A DNA stretch of 64,000 nucleotides from Vicugna vicugna (lineage: Eukaryota): the NCBI GenBank assembly GCA_013265495.1, contig MU060071.1:1-64000 (forward strand), read 5' to 3'. A program made the translations under genes and the position numbers. Under the pieces are notes generated by a model. It had not been told where the DNA came from. It did no database searches and worked only from the letters and a program-made list of their open reading frames with translations. Below, piece after piece: positions 50,245 through 63,800 of this stretch. Each line of letters begins with the position of its first letter. Positions within the stretch are counted from its first letter, which is position 1.

Positions 50245-53200
50245 ATGGAGCTGCGGGCCCAGGTCCTGCTCTGGAAACTTGTGCTTCTGCAGAGTGAGTT
50301 CGGGTGGGTGGGGGTCAGGAGGCAAAAGCAACCAGTGGGGCTGAGTGAGTTTGTGTTCAGGGCTGCGCTGCCTGTCTCAGCTCCAGCCCGGGGTGGGGTG
50401 GGAGGAGGGACGCCCCACCCCGAAGGGGACGGGTCTGGGGGCCTCAGAGGGAACAGGGCACCATGATAAGGCCCCCAGATCAACACATAACCTCCCCTTG
50501 CACAGAACTGGCCCCAGAGGGCCAAGCAGGGCAGGGAGGCTGAGGCGGGAGTGGCTCCTCTGGGTCCCTGCACACCCATTCTCCCGTCTCCCGGATGCCC
50601 CTCAGGCCTGTGCTGCTCTGCCGTCAGGAGGAGAGAGGGCTGGGGTACCAAGGGGAGCCTGGGAACCGGGGGTCGCACAGGGTCTTCTCTGGCACCCTCT
50701 TGGGTCCTGGGCCCCTGAGCCCGCCCCCAGGGCTGGCCTGCTGACCGGGCACATTCCTGCGTCCAGTCCAGGCGCGCAGCCACATCTCTGGTGCAGGAAT
50801 TTGGCTTGTGGGGTGGCAGATGGTGGGGTCACTTCCCACATCCAGGCTTCTCATGCTTTAGGAAGGCCGAGGGGCTTCTGGGGTTGGGCACCAGTTGTCA
50901 GAGGACCCTGGAAGGCAGGTGCATGTGTCACACTGGATATGCATGTGCAAGGAGCCCCCCAAACTGGCCCGAGGTGTCAGGCCCTGGTGCTCTTGTGGCC
51001 TTGCTGCAGTGTTGGGGATGGTGGCCACCACACTCCAGAGCTGGCCTGCCCACGGTCTAACCCTGGCTCCACCCCTCATCCCCCAAAGGGCCAGCTGCTC
51101 TCCCCACACCCCAGGCAGGTGGCCATGAGGATTGTGTGGGAGCCTGGGAGAGGTAGGGGGAAGAGACCCTCACCTGTGTCCTCCGGGCTGCTCTGGCTTT
51201 AACTCCACCTGTTAAGTGGTGTCATTAGCACCACCTCAGCGAGGACTGTAGAAGGGATCCAGGGGACCAAGTGGGGGTCCAGTCTGGGTGGGTGACCCTG
51301 ATGTAGAGGCTCAGGTGCCCCCCTGGCCCCAGTGTGACTCACTCTCCCTCTTCTTCCAGGCTCTACTGTCCTTCTGTCCTCAGGTTAGTGACCGCCCTCC
51401 CTGGGAACTCCATCAGTCCTTCTGTTGTCTTGCTTGTCCCACCCTGCACCTGGACTCTTGGGCCACACCCCTCCCCCAGTGACGCTCCCTTCTCACCAGG
51501 GCCGTCGGGGACCGCGACCGCCGGCAGCTCCGTGGTGTCCGAGTCCGCAGTGAGCTGGGCGGCCGGCGCCCGGGCCGTGCTGCGTTGCCAGAGCCCGCGT
51601 ATGGTGTGGACCCAAGACCGGCTGCACGACCGCCAGCGCGTGGTCCACTGGGACTTCAGCAGCGGCCCAGCCGGTGGCCCTGCGCGCCGGCTCGTGGACA
51701 TGTACTCGGCGGGCGAGCAGCGCGTTTATGAGCCCCGCGACCGCCGCCGCCTCCAGCTGCCTCCCTCCGCCTTCCACGACGGCAACTTCTCACTGTTCAT
51801 CCGCGGTACGGGTCATGGAACCGCGGCGGCGGCCTGGGGGCTCCGGGGGCGTGGGCAGGGTCCACGCAGCTCACGGCTGCGTTTTCTCCCGGTGCGTAGC
51901 GGTGGAGGAGACGGACGAGGGGCTGTACACCTGTAACCTGCATCACCATTACTGCCACCTCTACGAGAGCCTGGCCGTGCTCCTCAAGGTCACTGATGAC
52001 CGTGAGTGTCCCCCTTCCGCCCGTTCGCACCCCCCTCCTGGCTCTCTCCCGGGCCCGGGTCCCTAACCGACTCGCTCCCCCAGCCCGGGCGGCCGGCGCG
52101 CACTGGGACGGCGAGAAGGAGGTGCTGGCTGTGGAGCGTGGGGCGCCCGCGCTGCTGACGTGCGTGAACCGCGCGCACGTGTGGACCGACCGGCACCTGG
52201 AGGAGGCGCAGCAGGTGGTGCACTGGGACCGGCAGCCGCCCGGGGTGCCGCATGACCGCGCAGACCGCCTGCTCGACCTGTACGCGTCGGGCGAGCGCCG
52301 CGCCTACGGGCCGCCCTTCCTGCGCGACCGCGTGGCGGTGGGGACGGACGCCTTCGCGCGCGGCGATTTCTCGCTGCGCATCGACCCGCTGGAGCCTGCA
52401 GACGAGGGCACCTACTCCTGCCACCTGCACCACCACTACTGCGGCCTGCACGAGCGCCGCGTCTTCCACCTGAGAGTCACCGAGCCCGCCGCCCAGCCGC
52501 CCCCGCGGAACTCGCCGGGCAACGGCTCCAGCCACAGCAGCGCCCCCGGCCCAGGTGCAGAAGGCCGCCCTGGGAGCCTGGGGAACGTCTCCGGGGAAGG
52601 GAACGGCGAGGCGCGTTTGGCAGCAGCCAACCTCCCTGATCCACTCCTGTCACACATCAGGAACCTGGGTGTGAGCGGAGGGGAGGCCCCGGGGGCGGCG
52701 GCCACCCGTCCCTTACCAAGACCCATGCGGCGCCGCTGGGGAGGCACGGTCGGGGTGCACTGCTCGGTGGGTCTCGCCGGGCGCTCCCTGACGCTGCCCC
52801 CGCACGGCCCCAGCAGACCCCACGCTGGCGCGCGGACGCAGCGTCATCAACGTCATCGTCCCCGAAGGCCGAGCGCACTTCTTCCAGCAGCTGGGCTACG
52901 TGCTGGCCACCCTTCTGCTCTTCATCCTCCTGCTTATCACTGTCGTCCTGGCCACCCGACAGCGCCGCCGCGGAGGTGAGCCGAGGCTCCACAGCGCAGG
53001 GCCTGAGCCCAGAACTAGGAAGCCTTTCCCGACCCGAGGTCTGGGGTGTGGGGGCCTGAGCAGAGGGCCCAGTGAGCCCGGGTGCTGGGTTTGGGAGGGT
53101 TCTTCTGGGCTAGGGGAGCAGGGGAGGGAACGAGGCTGACCCCAACACGAGTCTCCCTCCCCAGGCTACGAATACTCCGACAAGAAGTTGAAATCCAAGG

Positions 53201-53800
53201 GGTGAGTGCCCCTCCCAGCTCTCCCCGGGACTGGGTAGACCCACCCACTACTCTAACCTCCCACCACCCTCCTCCTCCAGGAAGGACGTGAACATGGCAG
53301 AGTTTGCTGTGGCCACAGGAGATCAGGCTCTTTACAGGAGTGAGGACATCCAACTAGGTGAGGGGCCCCGTGCGACCTCAAGGGATAGACTGTGCCTCCC
53401 AGGCCTGTGGTGGGGGAGGCACATCTCTGGGAGGGCCCTCACCCTGCTCTCTCCGGGTACCAGATTACAAAAACAACATCCTGAAGGAGAGGGCTGAGCT
53501 GGCCCACAGTCCCCTGCCCCCGAAGAACATCGACTTGGACAAAGGTGAGTGGAGTTGAGGGAGGGAGACCCCTGCCCATCTCAGAGCCGGCTGGCACCCC
53601 ACTGCACCTGCTCAGAACGCCAAGGCACCAGCCACACCACGGGCAGGAGTCCCCTGCCACCTCAGTGTTCCAGATGCCCCCGAGCAGTCCTCCTGGATGT
53701 CTGCCCTATTTCCCCTCCTCCCCCTGCAACAGAGAAACAGAGGGCAGACACCCACCTGTCCCCTTGGCTTCCAGAGTTCAGGAAGGAGTACTGCAAGTAA
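50245..53800 (+). CDS. MXRA8: Matrix remodeling-associated protein 8 (two Ig-V domains plus TM; arthritogenic alphavirus receptor family), 443 aa. CDS exons 50245-50293, 51360-51383, 51500-51805, 51900-52001, 52084-52554, 52817-52975, 53165-53201, 53281-53357, 53464-53544, 53775-53800
   Basis: [16 protein letters not shown]|S...[26 protein letters not shown]...DGNFSLFIR|[23 protein letters not shown]...[14 protein letters not shown]...[19 protein letters not shown]...EFRKEYCK*. Ten phase-consistent GT-AG exons totalling 1332 nt. Confidence 0.97.
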
Positions 53801-54642
53801 GGTGATCCCGGGCTCCTGGCTGGGCCAGCAGCTCTGCCAGCTCCTGCCTGTCCGTCTCGGAGGACTCCTCCTGGCCCCTATGCAGCTCACCTGGCCCCCC
53901 TTCCAGCGGCTGGTTCCGCTGTCCTGGAGCTTGGCCTGGACTGGTGCAGCGTGAGGCTGCCTCCAGACCCCTCTCAGGAGCCACCCTGTCCTCACCAGCA
54001 ATAGTGGGCTCCCAGGGACTGCGGGCCCTGCAGCTGTGCCCTTCAGCACCCTCGGCTGGTGCCCTTCCCTCCTCCTCCTCCTGCAGCCACCCCCCTCCCA
54101 AGTTTTCCTGGCTTCTGCCTCCTGGGGGCCCGGAGTCCCACCTCTGCAGGGCTGGGGGTGGGAAGACACTCTTGGAGGAGCTCAGGGGGAGTCTCAGAGC
54201 TGGGACTCGCCTTGGGGCTGGCACTCCCACCCTCCTCACCCTTCCTTGGGGAGTGCCTGCTGGCTCCCCTAGGCTGTACTGTGTTACCTGCCAGCTGCCG
54301 TGGCCTCTGCACGGGAACCTGAGGACTGCATACTCCACGCCGTGGGCTAACATCCCTTTGTGCTGCCCCGGGCCCCCTGGTGCTGCCCTGGGGCCCCTTC
54401 TCTGCTTTCCACCCTGCTCCAGCCCCGTTTCCAACAAGCTGCCTTGACAGTCACTAGGCTCCACGTGACTTTTGACCCTGACCCCCTTCCCTTAGCTCCC
54501 TGGGCTGGAGTCCGGGGGTGAGGCCTCCTTTGACTTCTGTTTTGGCTGAGGACAGGAGGGGGTTGAAGATGCTTTTAGAGTGGCCAGAGCTGCCACTCCT
54601 GACACCCCACATTTGCTCATCCCAGGGAATTGCCACCGTCAC

Positions 54643-54648
54643 AATAAA
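54643..54648 (+). terminator. MXRA8 polyadenylation signal (AATAAA)
   Basis: First canonical hexamer seen, ~840 nt after the stop, followed by T-rich sequence. Confidence 0.75.
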
Positions 54649-54924
54649 GACCACACCTGATTTTTAGACTTGGCCCCAGGTATGTCTCTTCTCTCTCCCT
54701 CCATCTCCCTGGGGGGCAGAGTCTGGGCCTTGGGAACCCCCAAGTGCTTTCCTTCATCTGAAGTCACACTGTCATCACCCACACATTGGGTGAAGGTCTA
54801 AGAAGGGCGACGGTAGTCGATTGTATGCACTTATTCCTGGTTGGGAAGGAGTTTCACATCCTCTTCTGAGGGTTTATTTGGACGTGGCGGCTGTGTTGGT
54901 GGATGTGAAGGTAGAGGGCAGACT

Positions 54925-55085
54925 GTATCAGTTTAGTCCTCTGAGAAGGGACGTGGACACTGAGATGAGATTAGATGTACGAGGATAAACGGGGAGGAAG
55001 CAGATAGCAGGAGGGCATTCAGACAGGGGTGCTGGCAGCACACGAGGGAAGGGAAGGGAGCTGCTGGGGGAAGAAACCCATTCCT
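54925..55085. mobile_element. Possible ERVL LTR (LTR16-like) fragment
   Basis: tgtatcagtttagtcc...gagattagatgtacgaggataaacggggaggaagcag resembles old ERVL LTR motifs; weak recognition. Confidence 0.4.
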
Positions 55086-56684
55086 CCAACCTTGACCTCA
55101 TCCTCCAAAGCCCTCCCAGGACAGCAGGGGGCAGGAAAGAGTGACTGTCACCCTACTTGGAAAATCCAGAGCAGTGTGTTGAGAGTGTGCGGATTCTGAC
55201 CTGCTGAGTGAGGAAGCACCAGATACCACATGGGGTTGGGTCGGCAGCTGGCTCCCCCAGTATCCCAGCTCCCACTTTGGGAAAGTGAAAACCCCAGGGT
55301 CCTTTGATGAAGGCACAGTTTCAATACCTCACACAAAGAACTAGAGTCACAAAACTTGTTACTCAGAGATCCTGCTGTTGGTGGGGACGGTGCCCAGTGA
55401 GCTAGGGGAAGGGCAGTCTTACAACCAGGCCCCTGGTGAGCAGGAGATGGACAGGAGGGTAGTGGGCATCTATGACTTATAAGGTGGTTGCGGCGGCAGT
55501 CACTGACTTTCACGGGCTCAACTCTGGTCATTTTAAAAGATGGCCCAGAAAAAGCAAGGTGGTGGAAATCCTTATCTAAATGACCCGACTCCCGGTATGG
55601 GCAGGGTCGTCACACTGTGAAGTGCCTGGGCAGCAACTCAAAATAGCTGTTTTCTCATCACGCTGACCCCATGGTGGCAAAGGCAGGGAGGGAGGCTGGG
55701 ACGAGCAGCTGTGGCTGGCTTCAGAATGTGCCTCCCTCCCAGCCCAAGGACTCCTGGCCCCACAAAGCCACACTGCCACTGGACAAGGCACCTCCTGTAA
55801 GAGTTCAGGCTGTGGTCACAAACTCACCCTCCTTGAAGGGACCCAGCTGGACCACTTCAGCACTGGCGCTGGGATTGGCCTCTGGCCTTTGGTTACCAGC
55901 CTCTCTCCTGTGACTTGGGCTGTTTCAGGTGGGAGACAGAGGCTTGGGGGCTGGAGTGCAGCTGGGGCATCAGATCCCCTGCATCTGTGTGACCTGCAGC
56001 CATTAGTGTTTGGCCTGGGGGTGCTGGTCCCCTGGTGAGCTCTCATGGCACCATTTTCCCCCTTCCCTGAATACCCAGCAGACAGCCACGAAGGACCCTT
56101 CCTCTAAGGCCATCCTGCCTGGTTTCCTTAGATTACCTCTGGGGACACTGAGACCCAAGAGGAGAAGGCCCAGGCTTTGCTGGGTGGGTGCCAACCTCAC
56201 AGAGCCCTGCTCTCCTCATCAGAGCCTAGGGGAATGGAGGTCAGGACCCACGCCCTAGGCTCACCGGGGGTGGTCCCTAGCCTAGACTTATGGCCAAACT
56301 CTGGTTCCTCCAGTCAGTGATGGACTAATAAGAGTCTTTTCTTGTTCTGATCCACTGCCTGCGAATGGCCATGACCTGGTATGCAGGAGAGTACCAGGCT
56401 CTGCCAGCCTTGAGGGAAGTGCTGGAGACAGGTCTCAGGGGCATCACTCTCAGGCCCTATCCTAGGGCCTTTCCCCTTCTTGCTCTGGCCAGCATGGGCC
56501 TCCTAGTGGCCTCAAGTTTTCCTGCTGGGGTAGGGGAGGGAGAACAGCCGTCCCCAGTGGGCTGGACCCCTCACACTGCGTTTTCCTTGCCCCATAGAGG
56601 ACCCCAGGCTGGTTGGATGGACAGGAGCCGGGGAAAAAGTCCCTACACTGGCTGTCAGGAGCACCGTGCCCAGGCACCTCCTGC

Positions 56685-56700
56685 GTGCGTGCGTGCGTGC
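56685..56700 (+). repeat. (TGCG)4 microsatellite
   Basis: tgcgtgcgtgcgtgc visible directly. Confidence 0.8.
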
Positions 56701-56849
56701 ACACGGCTGCCCGTGCTGACCCCCACTGTCGCCTGAGCATCACAAACACGTGTTCACACTTTCACTCCCACGTCCACATGGGCATCTGCATTCACTTGGC
56801 TTCTATTTCTTGAAGCCCCCGTAGGACCTGGAGCGCCAGCTCCAAGCTG

Positions 56850-57850
56850 GTGCGGGGGCGCAAAGTGACCAAGTGTCCTCAGTTCCAGCCCGGACACAAG
56901 AATTCCCGCGGTCTCCCGCAGCCCGCCGATGTGACCTGGGCGCCTCCGGACTCTAAAGGGATGGAGACCCGGAACCGGGCCGCGCGGAACCCCTCCGAAG
57001 ACTTCCGGTGGGGGAGCGACGGGCAGACGGGGTGCGGAGCCTCCGGAAGGTCCCCACCCACCTTTTCCTCAAGGGGTGCCCCCCAGACCGCCCATAGGCC
57101 GAGAATCAGGGACCCCAGGACGCTGGCCTGCGCGTGTCGGGGGCGCCCGGGGCGTGGGCCGAAGGCTCTGAGCCCGGGACGCAGGCAGGGAAACCCCGCC
57201 ACCCACGCGCGCCCCGCCCAACCCGCCCGCGCTTGCGCAGCTCCACCCCCTCGCCGCGGGCCGTCCGCTGACGTCAGGCCCGCGGCTCTCGGGCGCCCCC
57301 AGCGGCCGCGAGCAGCCGAGCCTGCGGTCCCTTTAACGCGCGGCCCGAGGGGGCGGCGGCGGGGCGCACGGACGCGGCGGGCCTCGCGCCCTCCCTGCCT
57401 GCGTCCCGGGCCGGGGGCGCAGCGGCGGCCGCCGGCGACAGGGCAGCAGCCAGGGCGCGCGCGGGACCAGGGCCGAGGCTGAGGCCGAAGCGCGGGCGGG
57501 GCGCGGGCCGGCGGCGGAGAGGCGCCCGCGTCCGAGGCCCGGGCCGCGCCTGAGCGCCGCACCATGGCGGAGACCAAGATTATCTATCACATGGACGAGG
57601 AGGAGACGCCGTACCTGGTCAAGCTGCCCGTGGCGCCCGAGCGCGTCACGCTGGCCGACTTTAAGAACGTGCTCAGCAACCGGCCCGTGCACGCCTACAA
57701 ATTCTTCTTCAAGTCCATGGACCAGGACTTCGGGTCAGTGGGCAGCGCGGCCTGTGCGCGAGCTCGGGCTCGCGTGTCGGCACCTGTCTGCGCCAGGCGG
57801 GGCATGGGGATCCTGGGGCTGCGACCCGGTCGGTGCCTCCACGCGCCTGC
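56850..57850 (+). promoter_or_regulatory. CpG island / DVL1 promoter with palindromic CRE (TGACGTCA at 57269-57276)
   Basis: Extreme GC/CpG density, perfect CRE, ctttaa TATA-like element at ~57331, upstream of the ATG at 57564. Confidence 0.8.
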
Positions 57851-60800
57851 TTGCCCTAGTGCGGTGTGTCCCACCTGTCTGTGCTCAGAGAGGGGACACT
57901 GCCTGGGCCCCTGACGGCCTGTGTAGGAGCCTGAGAACTCAGGGCCGTGGACCGGCGAGGGTCCTGGCTTCTCCGCGCACCCTGGGCCTTGTCCTGAGCT
58001 TGTGTGATCTTCCGGTATAGGTCTGTGGTCCAGGTCGACTTCCGAATCCCACTTTGGCACCTGTCAGCTTCAGAATTCGCTGCCCCACGTCTGTGGAGGG
58101 CAAATGTTGGGGGATGGCCAGGAGAGCTTGTGATTCGTGGAGCTTGGAATCAGAAGAGTGTCCAAGGGCCCGGGGAAAAGGGTTGGGCAGAGGGCAGGGT
58201 GCCAGTCACCCAGTGGGTCCCCTAGTTAGCATGGGGGAAGTGAGGTTAGCTGGGACAGGGGCATGGATCTGTCTACTGGGATCTGTAGAAGTTTCTGGAG
58301 GCTCAAGACAGCCTCCTCCTGGCCTTCTACAGGGTCCTCAGGACAGGGCAGAGGTCAAGGGTCACAGGGGACCGTGGGATGTCATCCTGCCCACTCCTGC
58401 CCTGGGGTTGCTGGCCGCAGGGCCTCTGCTCCTGCTGAGCTGCTCAGCACTTGGGTTCCTCGGAACAGCCCAGACCACCTGCTGACTCCGGGCTGCCTCT
58501 GGGTCAGCGTCCCCACATCAGCCCTTAGCAGTGGCTATCCTGGCCGAGGGGACATCCTGTTTGTGCTGGGCTGGGCTTTTGGAATGGTGAGTGGTGAGCA
58601 GGAGGCTGGCTGTCCGCTGGAGGCCTGACCCAGCACAGTCACGGGTAACCTGAGTCCCTTGCTCAGCGGTGCTGGGGGGCTGGGTACCCAGAGGCCTCGT
58701 GGGCTGAGCAGGTGTGCCTGGGCGCCCTCAGGCAGCCTGTGTCCTTGTATGTGGCTGAGTCTTGGGGCTTTGACATTGAGGCCGTTTCCTGGATTGTATA
58801 GTTTGCATGGGCCCCCCAGGTCAAGCTAAGACCATCTGTGGCTCTCAGGGAGGCCTAAGGGGTGTATAGACAACTAGATTCTCTTGGGCTTCTCCAACAC
58901 CAGGGAGAGGCAGAGAGGGGAAGGTGTGCCCTTGGCAGCCTGGGAAAGCTGGAGGCCCCAGCCCTACGGGGCTCAGATTAGGAGCCGCCCCCAGGCTGGG
59001 CTCTTCAGAGTAGGACATTGATTTAGGGAGTCTGGTCCAGGCTGCCTGGCCTGCCCTCACTGGGCAATCTCTCACTGTCTCACTCCTCTGGGTCTGGGCT
59101 GCTTTGACTGTAAGCATTAGGTCTATGGAAGTGAACTTTTCTTTTTCATTTAGTTTATTGTTTTAGCAAAAATCACCAGAGTCGCACATGCTCTGTCACA
59201 AACCCAAGTCTGCAGGAAGTGTGTGGCATGGCATATGCCCAGCTCGCCCAGGTTGCTGCCCTTGAATGGTGCTCTGGGGTGCATCCTGCCTGATACGACA
59301 TTGCTCTTGTGTCTGATAGCCACTGAGCTGCAGAGACTCCACACCCACAATGTACACTCCCAGCAGAGGGCAGGTCTGCTGTGGGGTTTGCAGGACTTAC
59401 GGGTGCCCTGGCCTTGGAGGATGGTGGGCAGGCAGATCTGGGTCTTGGAGTATGCATAGGAGTTCTTCAAGTTGTCAGTTTTGCATGGCTGGGATGTGGG
59501 GGAGGAAACAGGACTAGGCTGGTAGGCTGGGGTGGGGGAAGGATTGGGGTGACTCTGGAAGGCACACAGGCAGACAGAACAGGGGAGGCTCACCTTATTC
59601 CACTCCCTCACCCACACCTCCCGCCAGACCTCTGGTTCATGGCCTGTTGGCTTCAGAAACCTGGGAGAGGATCTGCCGTCTTTCTCCCCTTCTATGAGAT
59701 CTGCCTACAGCACTCCAAGCTTTATTTATTCTATATGATCATTTCTTGAGTAGAATAATTTCTTCTGGGAGGGGCTGATTAGTCACTCACACTTCAGAAT
59801 AAATGAGAGCTGGAGGCTCAACCTTGGTACCTCATGGATGTAGCTGGATGTTTGAGAAAGAGGGCAGGTCCTGGCTGGGCTGGGTCAGTGACCCCTGCAT
59901 GAGAGGGGTCACCTCAGATTGGGGACTGTGAGGAGTAGCTGGTGGGCCTGGGCTTCTTGCCCCAACCCCTCCTCTCGCTGTGGGCTGGGCCCTGAGTTCC
60001 TGGGGCCTCTGCTCACAGCCACAGCTGACCAGGAAGGGAAGGGGGAGTCTGAGGTGTGGCCATGGGCTCTGGGCTGGCCCTGCTCCCCATAGGCATCTTT
60101 GAGCAACTGAGTGGAGAGTGCTTTGCCCACCTTGCACTTTTCCCATGCAGGTCACAGCTGTTCTGTCCCAGTGAAGCTGGGGAGGGTCTCTAGACCTGTG
60201 GTGGTCTCGCCTGGAGATGCCAAGCATTGGGTTTGGTGAATGGCTTTGCAGCTGGGGTCTGGGCCTGGTGTTTGGGCTGGGAAGCAGAGGCTGAGGGTCC
60301 TCAGCTCACAGATTTCCACTACCGGAGTTGTTCTGCTGTTTCCAGGCCTGGCTGCGCTTGGCACTAAGCTTGTCCGCCTGGCAGGGGACCTGGCTCCTGT
60401 GTCTCTGGGCCGGGAGCTCCGGTCCTGGGGCCAACTGTCTGTGGGCCGTGGGCGGTGTGCTGGGGCCTGCGCTTGGCCTGTCCCAGACTGCCTGCAGCCT
60501 CCCTCTGCCCTCTGCAGCTCTACTGTCACTGTCACTGCCCCAGGAGTGTGGGGAGAGTCCAGACAGGTCACCCCTGTTTGTGGCAGCACGTGAAGGACAA
60601 GGTCCCCTCACCCTGCAGAACCTGAGCCGGGTCAGGAGGCAGTGAGGGGACCTGTGAAAACGCCGAGGGAACTGAGGAGCCCTGACTCATGGGGGGACTC
60701 TGTGCCTCTGGGGACACAGCTGGGGTCATCCTGCTGGCCTGTGGCGTGCTGTGGCCTCTGGGAGCCTGAGGGTCCTCCTGGGCCCTGGGCTCAACTCCAA

Positions 60801-63800
60801 GAGCCCCACTCTGAGCAGATTCCTGGCCGGGGCGAGTCTGTGGGGGTGGCGGGTGGGGCTGGGCAGCCCAAGTTCCAGGTTAACCGGGCTCTCGCCAGGA
60901 ATTCTGAGGTTGGGGGCAAGATGCCAGCAGGGGTGCCCTGGGTGACCACACTGAGGGTGTCTTCACTGACCGCTGCTCCTGAGGCCTGCTCTCCCACCTG
61001 GTGAGGCCCGGCCCAGGAGGGAGCCCCGAGTTGCTTGGGGGCATTCCCCATGCTCCCTGAGGCCCCCCCGACCCCACCCCGACCTCGACCCTGTCCCAGG
61101 CCATCAATCGACAGCATTGTGCACCTGTGCCCTTTGTCCTGGAGGCTTGGGTGCCTGCTGATCTGGCCTGGCTGCCTCTCAGTGCCCCAGCTCCCAGGTA
61201 GAGGGCCGAGTGCTCTGTTGTGCAGGCTGGGAGACATGGGTTTCTCAGGCTGGGGGTGTTGGGGAAGCAGGGTCTCTGAATCCTGGGAGGGGCATCCGTG
61301 CTTAGGTGGGGTGCACAGAGGCCTTGGGCAGCCCTGGGTGATGGGTCCTCTGGAGGTGCTGGCCACCTGGGCGGTAGGGGCTCAGGGTGCCCACCTCTGA
61401 GGGAGCCAGGCCAGCCCTGGGGTGTGGAGGCTGGGTGAGGCAGTGGGTGAGTCAGGAGGGTGGGGGCATGAGTGCGTTGGGGGTCACCAGCCGGGCCACC
61501 TGGACAGTGAGGCGGGAGCCAGGTCCCTCCCAGGTCTCTATTGCTGTTGTCACTCAGAGATGGTGCTCTGGGCCTGCTGGGTCCCCCGGAGGGCTCGCTG
61601 CAGCCCCCTATGTGCTGGCTGCAGTTGGAGGACCCCAGGGGTCTCCAGGCCACCTCAGGTCTTCCTGTGGTGACCACCTTCTGTATGGCCTCCTTGGCTG
61701 GGTCTTGGGCAGGGTCACCGCCTCCCTGGACCTCAGCTCTGCGGGACTGTGGTGCGTGAATGGGGGCAGCAGACACAGTGTCTACTCCTGGCTGGGGAGA
61801 GGAGGGTCCCAAGAAATGACTCTTTCTGCCTGTTGGGGTGTGCACCCCATCTATGCGTGTGTGGCTGCCCTGGGAGGTGTCTGGGGGTCACTATAGGACC
61901 CTGGTGGGGTGCCCCCTCCCTCCCGGGCTGGCCCCATCTCCTCCGTCCTCTCTGCCCAGATGTCTCAGGCCCTCTCCCAGTGGGCGGGGTAGCTTGGGTC
62001 CTTGCTCCCTGGGTGGGAGTGTGGGTGCCAGCTCTGCAGGAGCCTCCTGACACCTGCTGCCTGGGACTAGCCGAGTCCAGGGGTCCGGACCCAGCAGGCC
62101 AAGAGGCTGCTTCCTGCCTGGTCTCGTAGCTCTTGTTCCTACTCCAGGCCCAAGTCCCAGGCATGGAAATCGCGTTGTGCTGGGCAGGGCTGGGCTCCAG
62201 TGGGGTGGGGCCCCAGGGCACCTTCTGCTGCAGGCCCCGCCTGCCCGCCCTGCTTCCTGGGCCTCCAGGAGGCCGCAGTGTGGGATATGCCTGGGCCACA
62301 GCCACTGCTGGCTCTGCCCGGGGCCCCTCCCCTGCTGCCCTCCTCACCCCTCTGAACCTGACACCTGGACCTCCCCATCCTGTTTCTGACCCCAGGGTCA
62401 TTGGCCTCCTTCCCAGCTGGTGTTGCCCTGGCCTTCTGCGACCTGCCTTTCCCACCTCCACAAACCCACCTGACAGGGCAGCATTTAGGGGTGGGCCAGG
62501 CTAGCCCCTGGGCAGTGGTGTGGCCAGTGGGGCCTGCTGACCTCCAGGACCTGAGACTTCTCAGTGGGCCTGGCTGGCCCTGTGCCTGGCTACCCTTCCA
62601 GGTCTTGAGTTGGGCTGATGCAGTGGGTGGGGATCCGCTTCTCTCTCCCCAGCTGGGCCAGTTGGCCAGGAGGACGGTCAGTGTCCTTGGAGTGTGAATG
62701 CAGGGGTTGTGTGTGCTCTGCCATCTTGACCTGCTGACGTCCTCGGGGTCTCACCAAGCGTGCGTCTGTGCTGAGGCTTGCCATGATCCAGGCCCTGTTC
62801 TAGGCTGGTGGGGTGGGTTCGGGCAGGAGGAAGCCGGACAGAGCCCTGCCCTGAGGGCCCACCCCTGTGGGGTGCACAGGCACAGAGCCAAGTAGGTCCT
62901 CATGTCGTAGGGGTCCCAGACAGGGACTCCTGGTACTGGCAGGTTGGGTGTCTGGACCCCCTTAGACCTGGGCCTTGGGAGGGGTCCTTGGAAGGATGCT
63001 GAAGGCTCCCAGGAAGGGAGCATGCTGGGCAGGGCACCCACACAGACTGGCATCTGGGTGTGTGGCTGAGGCCCCATGTGGCATGCACCCTGGCCATGCT
63101 GGGGGCCCTACTCCAGAGCCCACTGTGGGAGCGCACCTAGTGCGACAGCCTCATGCCTACATCTGCCGACAGGGTTGTGAAGGAGGAGATCTCCGACGAT
63201 AATGCCAAGCTGCCCTGCTTCAATGGCCGCGTAGTCTCCTGGGTGAGTCTGTGGGACGTTGGCAGAGGGTCCTCAGCCCGGTAATGTGGGAGGAGGTGGT
63301 CACTTGTGCCTCGGTGCCCTGCTGGGGGCGCCCGAAAGCCAGCATCCCTGAGCCCTCACTCTTGTCCACAGCTGGTCCTGGCTGAGGGCACGCACTCCGA
63401 CGCGGGGTCTCAGGGCACTGACGGCCATGCAGACCTGCCCCCGCCTCTCGAGCGGACAGGCGGCATCGGGGACTCCCGGCCCCCCTCCTTCCAGTAAGGG
63501 CTCTGGAGGCGCTGAGCCCCGTGCTCTCAAGGGGCTGGCTGCCCGCCAGGCCTGTGGCGGGTGGGGAGGGGCAGCTGAGCCGGGACCCATGGTCAGTAGG
63601 AGCTGGGCAGCAGAGGAGGGGCAGGCAGACAGGCCGGGGCGGGCCGGTGGGTGAATGGGCCCCTGTCAGTGTCAGGGTCCCACTGGACGAGAGGGGTGGG
63701 GAGCTCAGGGGGCATTCCAGGCACCTGTGGTCCGGCCTGCCCCGGCCCACTCCCCTCTTACTGGCACAGCCCGAATGTGGCCAGCAGCCGTGACGGGATG

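Noticed and set aside
51996-52979. 327-aa ORF over MXRA8
   Set aside because: Exon 5 read through into flanking introns; not a separate gene.
60880-61845. 321-aa minus-strand ORF in DVL1 intron 1
   Set aside because: Pro/Gly-rich chance ORF with no domain or splice support.
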